Part shown: piece after piece, positions 19,423 to 28,772 of the stretch
Position numbering within the stretch: position 1 is the stretch's first letter
How the letters are laid out: each line of letters begins with the position of its first letter
Source: Aeromicrobium sp.
GTDB taxonomy: Bacteria; Actinomycetota; Actinomycetes; Propionibacteriales; Nocardioidaceae
Assembly: GCF_032084975.1 (NCBI RefSeq)
Contig: NZ_DAMDLR010000003.1
Coordinates: 7,453 to 71,452 of the forward strand
DNA length: 64,000 nucleotides
Direction of reading: 5' to 3'
The notes under the pieces: generated by a model
Seen by the model: only the letters and a program-made list of their open reading frames with translations
Database searches by the model: none
What the model was told of the DNA's origin: nothing
Program-made: the position numbers and the translations under genes

Positions 19423-19845
19423 TCAGCGGACGACGGCGGCCTCCAGCGCCACCAGCACCTGGTCGCGCGTGGGCGCACCCGAGGCGCGCGTCACGATCGC
19501 GCCCTGCGCGTCCAGCACCAGCACGGTCGGGGTGCGCAGGACGTCGAGTCGCCGCACGAGCTCCAGTTGGGACTCCGCGTCGATCTCGACCGTCGTGACC
19601 CCCGGGACGAGGTCGACGACCTGGGTCAGAACCTGACGCGTCGCGCGGCAGGGCGCGCAGAATGAGCTCGAGAACTGCACGAGCGTCGCGCGGTCGCCCA
19701 GCGGCGCACCGAGCTCCGCCGCCGAGAGTCGTGGGCGGTCCTCACTCGCGGGACGGGCGGAGAAGCGCCCGTTCTTCCACTGCAGGAGGACGGCCGCCAC
19801 CGCCGCCGCCACCAACGCGACTCCCAGCACTTCGATCCCGCTCAT
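19423..19845 (-). CDS. Membrane-anchored thioredoxin-fold protein (ThiX/TlpA-like)
   Basis: N-terminal TM helix MSGIEVLGVALVAAAVAAVLL and a FCAPC redox motif. An alternative upstream start is at 19869. Confidence 0.75.
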   Translation of the reverse strand: MSGIEVLGVALVAAAVAAVLLQWKNGRFSARPASEDRPRLSAAELGAPLGDRATLVQFSSSFCAPCRATRQVLTQVVDLVPGVTTVEIDAESQLELVRRLDVLRTPTVLVLDAQGAIVTRASGAPTRDQVLVALEAAVVR

Positions 19846-20011
19846 CGGCCCTCCCGCCTCGGCGCGCACCCATGTGTCATCGGTGTGACATGGGGCGCAT
19901 GTCGGGGCGCCTGCATCACGCCCCTGTCACATGAAGTATCGTTGACGGCGCAATGAGGCTTCGATGAACACCTGTTCGTCGGGGCCTCGACGTGCATAGG
20001 AGGCCAATTCC

Positions 20012-20767
20012 GTGTCCCACCTGCTGCTGCTGACGAAGACGACGCAGTCCTCTGTCGAGGTCCTGCCCGCGCTCGCGCTGCTCCCCCACCACGTCAAGAT
20101 CCTCCCCGCGGAGGCCAGCGCCCTGCTCGACGCGCCGCCGTGCGATGCCGTCCTGGTGGACGGTCGCCTCGACCTCGCCCAGGTGCGCAGCCTCACGCGC
20201 GTCATCCGCTCGACCGGAATCGAGTGCCCGCTGATCCTCATCCTCACCGAGGGTGGACTCACCGTTGCCGCCTCCGACTGGGGCATGGACGACGTCATCC
20301 TCACGACCGCCGGCCCGGCCGAGCTGGAGGCCCGCCTGCGACTGGGCATCGGCCGGATCGCCGCCGGTGGCGACAAGTCCGACGACGACAGCCACGTCAT
20401 CAGCGCCAGCGGGCTGGTCGTCGACGACGTCACCTACACGGCCAAGCTCGAGGGCCGCTCCCTGGACCTGACGTTCAAGGAGTTCGAGCTGCTCAAGTTC
20501 CTCGCGCAGCACCCGGGTCGGGTCTTCACCCGCCAGCAGCTGCTGCAGGAGGTGTGGGGCTACGACTACTTCGGCGGCACCCGCACCGTCGACGTCCACG
20601 TGCGGCGCCTGCGCGCCAAGCTGGGCCCCGAGAACGAGACGCTCATCGGCACGGTCCGCAACGTCGGCTACCGCTTCGTCGCCAAGCGCGAGGCGGCCGA
20701 GCGCTCGGCCGAGCGGGCCCAGGAGCGCCAGCAGGCGGCACGACAGCAGGTGTCGGGCCGCGCCTGA
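20012..20767 (+). CDS. glnR: GlnR, orphan OmpR-family nitrogen response regulator
   Basis: 251 aa, GTG start. The N-terminus [34 protein letters not shown]...[21 protein letters not shown]...[10 protein letters not shown] closely follows the Streptomyces/Mycobacterium GlnR pattern. The C-terminal OmpR winged helix is ...[13 protein letters not shown]...TVRNVGYRF. Confidence 0.85.
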   Translation: MSHLLLLTKTTQSSVEVLPALALLPHHVKILPAEASALLDAPPCDAVLVDGRLDLAQVRSLTRVIRSTGIECPLILILTEGGLTVAASDWGMDDVILTTAGPAELEARLRLGIGRIAAGGDKSDDDSHVISASGLVVDDVTYTAKLEGRSLDLTFKEFELLKFLAQHPGRVFTRQQLLQEVWGYDYFGGTRTVDVHVRRLRAKLGPENETLIGTVRNVGYRFVAKREAAERSAERAQERQQAARQQVSGRA

Positions 20768-20770
20768 GGT

Positions 20771-21529
20771 TCAATCCAGCGTCGGGATGAGGGTCTCGAG
20801 GTACTCCACGGTGTCCTCCCACCCCTCGACCGCCTGGCACGGGACCCCAAGCGCGAGCACGGGGTAGTCGTTGCCGTCCGGGTCCAGCCGGTCGCCGACG
20901 AACAGCATGTCGTCGAGGCTGATCCCCGTGGCGTCCGCCAACTGCTTCATGCCATAGGCCTTGTCGATGCCCCGGTGCGTGATGTCGACCGACGTGGAGC
21001 CGCCGGATCGCACCTCGAGGTCCGTCAGCCGGGCCGCCACCGCATCGCGCAGCAGCGACTTCTTCGCGCCGTCGGGGTCCCACGCCATCTTCGCGTCGAT
21101 CGGGGCCTGCTGACCCAGCGCCGAGAACGTGATCTGCGAGCCGCGGTCCTCGAGGATGTCGCCCCAGGTCCGCGACTCCCACAGGCCGAGGCGCTTCGCC
21201 TCGTCCTCGACCGCGGCGAGCGCACGGTCACGCTCGTCCTCGGTCAGGGCGTGGGCGTAGACGGTGACGATGTCGCCGTCGCGCAGGCGGTAGTACTGCG
21301 TCCCGCACGTGGGCAGCAGGTGGATGCGCTCGAGGACGGTCGCGTCGGCCGCGGGCAGCTGCTCGACCACCTGCTTGCGGAACTGCTCGAGCTGTCCGCC
21401 CGAGATGATCGCGACCTCGACCCGCTCGGCCAGACGCACCAGCAGGTCGCCGATGGGAGCTGGAATCGCGCACTTCGAGGGGGCGAGGGTGTCGTCGAGA
21501 TCGAAGGCGACAAGTTGGGGTCGGGACAC
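20771..21529 (-). CDS. HAD-IIB family hydrolase (Cof/phosphomannomutase-like phosphatase)
   Basis: 252 aa from a GTG at 21529. Motifs: motif I FDLDDTL, ...SGG..., and a C-terminal FVGDRLDPDGNDYP. The remainder of the 695-aa track ORF is antisense to manA. Confidence 0.75.
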   Translation of the reverse strand: MSRPQLVAFDLDDTLAPSKCAIPAPIGDLLVRLAERVEVAIISGGQLEQFRKQVVEQLPAADATVLERIHLLPTCGTQYYRLRDGDIVTVYAHALTEDERDRALAAVEDEAKRLGLWESRTWGDILEDRGSQITFSALGQQAPIDAKMAWDPDGAKKSLLRDAVAARLTDLEVRSGGSTSVDITHRGIDKAYGMKQLADATGISLDDMLFVGDRLDPDGNDYPVLALGVPCQAVEGWEDTVEYLETLIPTLD

Positions 21530-21553
21530 GCGAGGGAGTCTACTGTTGAGTAC

Positions 21554-22765
21554 ATGCGTCGTCTGCACAACATGACCCAGGCCTACGACTGGGGCTCGAC
21601 CAGCGACATCCCCCGGTTCCTGGGCCGCACGGGCAACGGCGAGCCCGTCGCCGAGATGTGGCTCGGCACCCACCCCCTGGCGCCCTCGCAGGTCGAGACG
21701 CCCGAGGGCCTGCGGCCCTTGTCGGACGTCGCGGGCGACGTGCCGTTCATGCTCAAGATCCTCGCGGCCGAGCAGCCGCTGTCGATCCAGGTGCACCCCA
21801 ACGCCGACGAGGCCCGCGCCGGGTTCGAGCACGAGGAGGCCGCCGGCATCCCCCTCGACTCGCCGCAGCGCGTCTTCAAGGACACGCGGCACAAGCCCGA
21901 GATGGTCTACGCGCTGAGCACCTTCGACACGCTCGTCGGGTTCCGCCCGACGGCCGAGATCCTGCGGGTCTTCGCCCAGCTCGACTCCCCCGCGGTCAAT
22001 GCCGCCTCGGCCACCCTGCGCGCCAAGCCGGGCTTCAAGGGCATCGTCCGGGTCCTCGAGAACCTGCTGATCGCGCCCCCGCCGCCCAACGAGGTCTCGC
22101 AGCTCGTCATCCAGTGCAAGGCGCTGGTCCACGACGGCGTCGACATCAAGCGCGCCTACAGCACCGCGTCGATGATCGCCCGCCATCACCCGGGTGACGT
22201 GGGCATCGTGGTGTCCCTGCTGCTCAACCGGTTCACGCTGCAGCCCGGCGAGGCGATGTTCCTGGGCACCGGCGTGATCCACGCCCACCTGTCGGGCCTG
22301 TGCCTGGAGGCGATGGCGAACTCCGACAACGTCATGCGCGCCGGCCTGACCCGCAAGGCGCTCGATCCCGAGGGCCTGATCCGGTGCCTGGAGGCCGGCA
22401 TGGCGCGCGTGGCGCGGGTCGAGCCCGGCTACCCCTCGTTCTCGACCGAGGTCTACAGCCCCGCCGTCGAGGAGTTCGCGCTGGCCGTCACGCAGGTCTC
22501 GCCCGGCGACCCGGACGGCGTCACGCTCATCACCGCGGCACACTCGATCGTGATGTGCATCGGCGGCGGCGTCCAGGTCCTGAACTCCCACGGCGAGAAG
22601 ATCTCGCTCAGTCGCGGCGAGGCGGTCTACACCGACGTCGAGGACGGCGAGCTGACGCTCGCCGGCACCGGCGAGGTGGCCCAGATCTACCTGCCCGGCC
22701 CGAACACGCCCGACTCCGAGCTCAAGGACCTGCTGGGCGCCCGCCCCGTTCGCGCCATCCCCTGA
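21554..22765 (+). CDS. manA: Mannose-6-phosphate isomerase, class I
   Basis: 403 aa. It contains YDWGS...EMWLGTHP...PFMLKILAAEQPLSIQVHPN...DTRHKPEM...HAHLSG motifs. Confidence 0.9.
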   Translation: MRRLHNMTQAYDWGSTSDIPRFLGRTGNGEPVAEMWLGTHPLAPSQVETPEGLRPLSDVAGDVPFMLKILAAEQPLSIQVHPNADEARAGFEHEEAAGIPLDSPQRVFKDTRHKPEMVYALSTFDTLVGFRPTAEILRVFAQLDSPAVNAASATLRAKPGFKGIVRVLENLLIAPPPPNEVSQLVIQCKALVHDGVDIKRAYSTASMIARHHPGDVGIVVSLLLNRFTLQPGEAMFLGTGVIHAHLSGLCLEAMANSDNVMRAGLTRKALDPEGLIRCLEAGMARVARVEPGYPSFSTEVYSPAVEEFALAVTQVSPGDPDGVTLITAAHSIVMCIGGGVQVLNSHGEKISLSRGEAVYTDVEDGELTLAGTGEVAQIYLPGPNTPDSELKDLLGARPVRAIP

Positions 22766-22801
22766 CCTCTTGCGGCCGCGGCAGCGTTCGCGCTCCCGTC
22801 T

Positions 22802-22864
22802 CCACTTTTGGACGCTGTTCCACGCCATTCGGCACGTCAGGCGTGGATGTGCGTCCAAAAGTGG
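22802..22864. repeat. Nested palindromic intergenic element, copy 2 (CCACTTTTGGACGC ... GCGTCCAAAAGTGG)
   Basis: Perfect 14-bp outer arms (22802-22815 / 22851-22864) enclose a perfect 7-bp inner hairpin, CCACGCC (22820-22826) / GGCGTGG (22840-22846). It lies between convergent manA and manC. Confidence 0.75.
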
Positions 22865-22903
22865 GAACCCGGCGCGGCGCGGACGCCTCGCGGAGCGAAG
22901 CGG

Positions 22904-23956
22904 TCAGAGCAGGTCGTCGCGCTCGAGCTCGGGCAGCCGGCCGACGATCTCCTTGACGCGCTGGGACTGCGCGAGGTCGAGCACGAGGACGGCGTCCGGG
23001 GTCTGCACGACGGCGACGTTGCGCAGGCCCAGCACGGCGATCTGCACGCCTTCCTCACCCCGGGCGACGCCGTCGGCGTCGACCCACAGCACGTCGGGCG
23101 ACGAACCGAGCGGGGCGATCGAGGCGAAGTCGCCCAGGTCGTCCCAGCCGAAGGTCGCCGGGACGACCGCCATGCCACCCTCGGCGGCCAACGGCTCGGC
23201 GACGGCATGGTCGATCGCGATCTTGGCCAGGCTGGGCCACGAGCGGCCCAGCTCGGCCACGAAGGTCGGCTTCCCCCACGTGGCGGCGATCGCCCGCAGC
23301 CCCGCGGCCAACTCGGGCTGGAACCGCGCGAGCGAGTCCAGCAGGACGGACGCTCGGGCCACGAACATCCCGGCGTTCCAGACGAAGTCGCCCGACGCCA
23401 GGTAGTCGCGGGCGGTCTGCTCGTCCGGCTTCTCGACGAACGTGCGGACGGCCCGCGCGGACGCGAAGCCCGCCAGGGGATCCGCCGACTCGATGTAGCC
23501 GAACGCGGTGGAGGGCTCGGTGGGAGAGATCCCGATCGTGACGACGTACCCCTGCTCGGCGACCGTGATCGCCTCGCGCACGGCCTCGGCGAAGCGCTCC
23601 GGATCGGGGATCCGGTGGTCGGCGGCGAACGACCCGACGACGGCGTCGGGATCCGCGCGCTCGATGATCGCCGCGGCCAGGCCGATCGCGGGCATCGAGT
23701 CGCGCGGCGAGGGCTCCAGCAGCAGGTTCACCAGCTCTGGCAGCTGCTCGGCGATCGCGCTGCCGTGGGCGGCACCCGACACGACGTGGATGTTCTCGGC
23801 CGAGGTCAGGGGCAGCATCCGGTCCCACGTCTGCTGGATCAGCGTGCGCCCCGTGCCCTCGAGGTCGAGCAGGAACTTGGGCCGCGAGCGACGCGAGAGC
23901 GGCCACAGGCGGGTACCCGCCCCACCGGCCGGGATGATGGCGTGAAAGGTGGACAC
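22904..23956 (-). CDS. manC: Mannose-1-phosphate guanylyltransferase (GDP-mannose pyrophosphorylase)
   Basis: The N-terminal AIIPAGGAGTRLWPLSRRSRPKFLL motif is a nucleotidyltransferase signature. Start is taken as the GTG at 23956; longer in-frame options at 24019 and 24082 are less likely. Confidence 0.85.
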   Translation of the reverse strand: MSTFHAIIPAGGAGTRLWPLSRRSRPKFLLDLEGTGRTLIQQTWDRMLPLTSAENIHVVSGAAHGSAIAEQLPELVNLLLEPSPRDSMPAIGLAAAIIERADPDAVVGSFAADHRIPDPERFAEAVREAITVAEQGYVVTIGISPTEPSTAFGYIESADPLAGFASARAVRTFVEKPDEQTARDYLASGDFVWNAGMFVARASVLLDSLARFQPELAAGLRAIAATWGKPTFVAELGRSWPSLAKIAIDHAVAEPLAAEGGMAVVPATFGWDDLGDFASIAPLGSSPDVLWVDADGVARGEEGVQIAVLGLRNVAVVQTPDAVLVLDLAQSQRVKEIVGRLPELERDDLL

Positions 23957-24029
23957 GGCGGTCACTGTAGTGGCCGGACCGCGTCCTGGGCACGGGTCGA
24001 GTCGCCCGGAACGGGCCATACTGGGTGCC

Positions 24030-25457
24030 GTGTCCCGACTGACTGCGCGTGAGCTCATCGACCTCGTCCTCGACCCCGGCACGTGGGAGTCGTGGGACGA
24101 GCCGGTCGACCACGACAGCCGCCCCGAGCCCTATCGAACGGACCTGCTGGCCGCCGCCGAGCGGGCCGGCACCGACGAGTCAGTCATCACGGGCCGTGCC
24201 CTCATGCGAGGCCGCCCCGTCGCCGTCCTGGTGAACGAGTTCAAGTTCTTGGCGGGATCGATCGGCCAGGTGGCCGCCGAGCGCATCGTCCGGGCAGTCC
24301 GGCGCGCGACCGCGGAAGGCATCCCGGTCCTGGCCACCACGGCCTCCGGCGGAACGCGCATGCAGGAGGGCACCCCCGCCTTCGTGCGAATGGTCGACAT
24401 CTCGCGCGCGCTGATGGACCACAAGGCGGCCGGGCTGCCGTACCTCGTCTACCTGCGCCATCCGACCACCGGCGGCGTGTTCGCGTCCTGGGGCTCGCTG
24501 GGGCACATCACGATCGCCGAGCCCGGTGCCCTGGTCGGCTTCCTCGGCCCCAAGGTCTACGAGCTGCTCAACGGCACGCCGTTCCCGCCGGGCATCCAGA
24601 CCTCGGACAACCTCGCGAACCGCGGCATCATCGACGCCGTCGTCATGCCCGAGGAGCTGCCGTCGATGGTCGACACCGCGCTGTCCATCCTGATCGACCC
24701 GCCCGCGGAGCCCAGCCGGCAGCGTCGCGGGCCCGCCACCGAGCGGCGGCACGACGCGTGGGACTCCGTGCTGCTGACCCGCACGCCCGACCGACCCGGG
24801 GTCCGCGAGGTACTGCGGTGGGGCACCGACTCCATCATCCGGTTGCAGGGGACCGAGCGCGGTGAGCGCGACGCGGCGATGATCATCGCGCTGGCGCGCA
24901 TCGACGGCGAGCCGTGCATCGTGATCGGCCAGGACCGCACGACGCAGAGCCGGATCAAGCCCATGGGGCCGGCGGCGCTGCGCGAGGCCCGTCGCGGGAT
25001 GAAGCTGGCGAACGAGCTGGGGCTGCCGCTCGTGTCCTTCATCGACACCCCCGGCGCCGAGCTGTCGCCCGAGGCCGAGCAGGGCGCCATCGCCGGCGAG
25101 ATCGCCCGGTGCATCAGCACGATGGCGACGATGCGTGTCCCGTCCGTGTCCGTCCTGCTGGGCCAGGGCTGCGGCGGCGGAGCGCTCGCCCTGCTGCCCG
25201 CGTCGCGGGTGATCGCCGCCGAGAACTCGTGGCTGTCGCCGCTGCCGCCCGAGGGCGCGAGCGCGATCGTGTTCGGCGACGTCGAGCACGCCGCACAGCT
25301 GTCGAAGGAGCAGCGGATCAGCGCCTTCGACCTGCACGAGTCCGGGGCCGTGCATCACCTCGTGCCCGAGCCCGAGGACGACGACCCCGAGTCCTTCGCC
25401 CGGGCGATGGCCGCCGAGGTCGCCCACCAGCTGCGAGCACTCCAGGAGCGCGCATGA
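24030..25457 (+). CDS. Fused acyl-CoA carboxylase carboxyltransferase (beta-like + alpha-like halves)
   Basis: GTG start. The N-half FLAGSIGQVAAERIVRAVRRA...SGGTRMQEG is AccD-like. The C-half PMGPAALREARRGMKLANELGLPLVSFIDTPGA...GQGCGGGALAL is AccA-like. Confidence 0.8.
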   Translation: MSRLTARELIDLVLDPGTWESWDEPVDHDSRPEPYRTDLLAAAERAGTDESVITGRALMRGRPVAVLVNEFKFLAGSIGQVAAERIVRAVRRATAEGIPVLATTASGGTRMQEGTPAFVRMVDISRALMDHKAAGLPYLVYLRHPTTGGVFASWGSLGHITIAEPGALVGFLGPKVYELLNGTPFPPGIQTSDNLANRGIIDAVVMPEELPSMVDTALSILIDPPAEPSRQRRGPATERRHDAWDSVLLTRTPDRPGVREVLRWGTDSIIRLQGTERGERDAAMIIALARIDGEPCIVIGQDRTTQSRIKPMGPAALREARRGMKLANELGLPLVSFIDTPGAELSPEAEQGAIAGEIARCISTMATMRVPSVSVLLGQGCGGGALALLPASRVIAAENSWLSPLPPEGASAIVFGDVEHAAQLSKEQRISAFDLHESGAVHHLVPEPEDDDPESFARAMAAEVAHQLRALQERA

Positions 25458-26242
25458 CCCTGATCGACCTGGCCCGAGTGGCCCACGAGACCGACGGCGT
25501 GGCGCCGTTCAACGAGGCCACGACGATCGCCCTGCGCGACGGTGCCCCGCTGCGCCTCGAGCGGTACGACGAGGTGGTCGGAGCCGTCGCCGTCGGGGAC
25601 GCGCCGGTCGAGTTCGTCGTCCACCCGCGGTACCGGCGCCAAGGGCGTGCACGCGCCCTCGTCGACGACCTCGTCGAGCGCGGCGAGACCCGCTTCTGGG
25701 CGCACGGCGACCTGCCCGGGGCTCAGGCACTCGCCGCGGCGACCGGGCTGCGCGCCCTGCGCACGTTGCTGGTGCTGACGACGGTCGATCGAGACGTCCC
25801 CGAGCCGCGCGCGGCGGACGGAGTCACCATCCGGCCCTTCCAGGACGCCGACGCCGACGGCGTCATCGCGGTCAACGCGCGTGCCTTCGCCACTCACCCC
25901 GAGCAGGGCGCGATGGACCGCGCCGACTTCGACCGGCGCCGCGCCGAGCCCTGGTTCGATCCGGCCGGGCTGTTCGTCGCCGAGCGCGACGGCGACGTCG
26001 TGGGGTTCCACTGGACCAAGGTCGAGGACGGGGTCGGCGAGGTCTACGTCGTCGGGGTCGACCCCTCGGCCCACGGCGGCGGCCTCGGGACGGTGCTGAC
26101 GGCCGTCGGGCTGCGCCACCTATGGGCGCAGGGCGTCGACGCCATCGACCTCTATGTCGAGGGCGACAACGATCCGGCGCTGGCCGTCTACCGCCGACTC
26201 GGGTTCACCGAGAAGGCGCGCGACGTGCTCTACGGGCTCTAG
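25454..26242 (+). CDS. mshD: Mycothiol synthase-like GNAT acetyltransferase (MshD)
   Basis: 262 aa; the ATG overlaps the preceding stop (ATGA). It has two GNAT-like halves (VHPRYRRQGRARAL..., VVGVDPSAHGGGLGTVL...) and an Rv0819-like position after glnR. Confidence 0.7.
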   Translation: MTLIDLARVAHETDGVAPFNEATTIALRDGAPLRLERYDEVVGAVAVGDAPVEFVVHPRYRRQGRARALVDDLVERGETRFWAHGDLPGAQALAAATGLRALRTLLVLTTVDRDVPEPRAADGVTIRPFQDADADGVIAVNARAFATHPEQGAMDRADFDRRRAEPWFDPAGLFVAERDGDVVGFHWTKVEDGVGEVYVVGVDPSAHGGGLGTVLTAVGLRHLWAQGVDAIDLYVEGDNDPALAVYRRLGFTEKARDVLYGL

Positions 26243-26403
26243 GCTCGCACGATCGGGCCGATCCGGCGCTTGCTACACCTCCGCGAGGACCTCATCAGGC
26301 GCACGAGTCACACCAAAACCACCATTCACCCTGCGAGAAGTCCAGACGTGCCTCATCATGAAAGTCAGGACTCAGCGTCTCGTACCCAACGAGAGGAACG
26401 CAG

Positions 26404-26595
26404 ATGAGCAGCAGCAGCGCCAAGGCCGTGCCGTACGAACCGCGCGACCAGCCCAGCCTGGCCGCGCCCCTGGGCGAGACCCCCGTCGCTCGCCCCGGCT
26501 TCCGTCGGTCGATGTCCCTGCTCGTGTTGCTGTCCGTCCCGCTGTGGGCGGCGATCGCCATGAGCGTGTACGTCGCCACCCGACTCCTGGGCTGA
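26404..26595 (+). CDS. Small hypothetical membrane protein (63 aa, single C-terminal TM helix)
   Basis: A strong SD-like GAGAGGAA sits 5 nt upstream of the ATG. Third-position G/C use is high throughout, and the TM segment is SMSLLVLLSVPLWAAIAMSVYVATRLL. I recognise no family. Confidence 0.45.
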   Translation: MSSSSAKAVPYEPRDQPSLAAPLGETPVARPGFRRSMSLLVLLSVPLWAAIAMSVYVATRLLG

Positions 26596-26639
26596 GTTCC
26601 GTTCACCCGCGCTTCACCTGAACGTGCGATCGTGAAGCC

Positions 26640-28772
26640 ATGGAGACCACCGACCTGACGGTGACCGAACCGCTCGCCTCCTCCCCCGACGAGTTCGACG
26701 TCGATCCGCCGTTCGACGCGACGGAGGGCGCGCTGCCCGCCGACCGGTTCCTCGATCGTGAGCTGTCCTGGATCGCCTTCAACGCGCGCGTCCTGGAGAT
26801 GGCCGAGATCGAGTCGTTGCCCCTGCTCGAGCGCGCCCGCTTCCTGGCGATCTTCGCCAGCAACCTGGACGAGTTCTTCATGGTCCGGATCGCCGGCCTC
26901 AAGCGGCGCATCGCCGCCGGCGTCGCGGTCCCGTCGGCCAGCGGGCTCAACCCTCGAGCCGTCCTCAGCTCGAGCCTGCAGGCCAGCCGCGTCCTGCTCG
27001 AGCGCCAGGCCGACCTGCTCCACGAGGCGGTCCTGCCCGCGCTCGCGGAACAGGAGATCTGGCTGCTGCGCTGGCACGAGCTCACCGCCGAGGAGCAGGG
27101 CCGGATCACGGACTTCTACCACCGTCGCGTCTTCCCGGTGCTGACCCCGCTGGCGGTCGACCCGGCGCACCCGTTCCCGTACATCTCGGGTCTCTCGCTC
27201 AACATCGCGCTGGTCATGCGGAACCCGGTGACCGGCAAGGAGCACTTCGCCCGCGTCAAGGTGCCGCCCGTCATCCAGCGCTGGGTCAAGGCGGCGGAGG
27301 GGCGCTTCGTCGCCCTCGAGGACATCATCGCGGCGAACCTCGACAGCCTCTTCCCCGGCATGGAGATCATCGACCACCACACGTTCCGCGTCACGCGCAA
27401 CGAGGACCTGGAGGTCGAGGAGGACGACGCCGAGAACCTGCTCAAGGCACTCGAGAAGGAGCTGCTGCGCCGCCGGTTCGGTCCGCCCGTGCGACTCGAG
27501 GTCGACGAGGAGATGTCCGACGCGGTCCTCGAGCTGCTGGTCGGCGAGCTCGGCGTCTCGGACGAGGAGGTCATCCGGCTGAGCGGGCCGCTGGACCTGC
27601 GCAGCCTCAACGAGATCGCCGACATCGACCGGCCCGACCTGAAGTTCCCCCCGTTCGTGCCCAGCACGCACGAGCACCTCGCCGAGGTCGAGACCGCCAG
27701 CCCGGCCGACATGTTCAGCGCCCTGCGCAAGCGGGACGTGCTGGTCCACCACCCGTACGACTCGTTCGCCACGAGCGTGCAGCGGTTCGTCGAGCAGGCC
27801 GCCGCCGACCCGCAGGTGCTCGCGATCAAGCAGACGCTCTACCGCACCTCCGGCGACTCGCCGATCATCGACTCGCTCGTCGACGCGGCACGCGCCGGCA
27901 AGCAGGTGCTGGTCCTGGTCGAGATCAAGGCGCGCTTCGACGAGCAGGCGAACATCCGCTGGGCCCGCAAGCTCGAGCGGGCCGGCTGCCACGTCGTGTA
28001 CGGGCTCGTCGGCCTCAAGACGCACTGCAAGCTGGCGCTCGTGATCCGCGACGAGCCCGACGGGCTCCGCCGTTACGCCCACATCGGCACCGGCAACTAC
28101 AACCCGAAGACCGCCCGGCACTACGAGGACCTCGGCCTGCTGACCTCGAACCCCGAGATCACGCACGACCTGACCGAGCTGTTCAACAGCCTGTCGGGCT
28201 ATGCGATGACGAGCGACTACGACCGCCTGCTCGTCGCCCCGCGCGAGCTCCGCAAGGGTCTGCTCGCGCGCATCGACCACCAGATCGAGAGCCACCGGGC
28301 GGGCCGCCCCGCCCGCATCGCGTTCAAGCTCAACTCGCTGGTCGACGAGACGCTCATCGACAAGCTCTACGAGGCCTCCCGCGCGGGGGTCGAGGTCGAT
28401 CTCGTCATCCGCGGGATCTGCGCCCTGCGACCGGGCGTGCCCGGGCTCTCCGAGCGGATCCGGGTCCGCAGCGTCCTGGGCCGCTTCCTCGAGCACAGCC
28501 GTGTCTTCACCTTCGGCGCCGGCGAGGACAGCGAGGTGTGGATCGGCTCGTCCGACCTCATGCACCGCAACCTCGACCGACGCATCGAGGTGCTCGTGAA
28601 GCTCCCCTCGCGCGAGCACACCGAGCAGCTGACCGAGCTGCTCGAGCTGATGAGCGACGACGAGACCCTGTCGTGGCACCTGGGACCCGACGGCAGCTGG
28701 ACCCGCGTGGACGGCACGAACGTCCAGGAGGTGCTCATCGCCCGAGCTCGCTCCCGTCGCTCCCGCGCATGA
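26640..28772 (+). CDS. ppk: Polyphosphate kinase 1
   Basis: 710 aa. It contains [32 protein letters not shown], two PLD-like HxK-type domains and HCKLALV. Confidence 0.95.
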   Translation: METTDLTVTEPLASSPDEFDVDPPFDATEGALPADRFLDRELSWIAFNARVLEMAEIESLPLLERARFLAIFASNLDEFFMVRIAGLKRRIAAGVAVPSASGLNPRAVLSSSLQASRVLLERQADLLHEAVLPALAEQEIWLLRWHELTAEEQGRITDFYHRRVFPVLTPLAVDPAHPFPYISGLSLNIALVMRNPVTGKEHFARVKVPPVIQRWVKAAEGRFVALEDIIAANLDSLFPGMEIIDHHTFRVTRNEDLEVEEDDAENLLKALEKELLRRRFGPPVRLEVDEEMSDAVLELLVGELGVSDEEVIRLSGPLDLRSLNEIADIDRPDLKFPPFVPSTHEHLAEVETASPADMFSALRKRDVLVHHPYDSFATSVQRFVEQAAADPQVLAIKQTLYRTSGDSPIIDSLVDAARAGKQVLVLVEIKARFDEQANIRWARKLERAGCHVVYGLVGLKTHCKLALVIRDEPDGLRRYAHIGTGNYNPKTARHYEDLGLLTSNPEITHDLTELFNSLSGYAMTSDYDRLLVAPRELRKGLLARIDHQIESHRAGRPARIAFKLNSLVDETLIDKLYEASRAGVEVDLVIRGICALRPGVPGLSERIRVRSVLGRFLEHSRVFTFGAGEDSEVWIGSSDLMHRNLDRRIEVLVKLPSREHTEQLTELLELMSDDETLSWHLGPDGSWTRVDGTNVQEVLIARARSRRSRA

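Noticed and set aside
20771-22858. 695-aa minus-strand ORF suggesting a large fusion protein.
   Set aside because: Only the C-terminal 252 aa (from the GTG at 21529) look like a real HAD hydrolase. The N-terminal two-thirds are a low-complexity shadow frame antisense to the clearly recognisable manA.
26300-26400. Possible PHO box upstream of ppk1 (ATTCACC at 26334).
   Set aside because: Only one repeat-like unit is present, with no in-phase 11-nt partner. That is insufficient to call a PhoP site.
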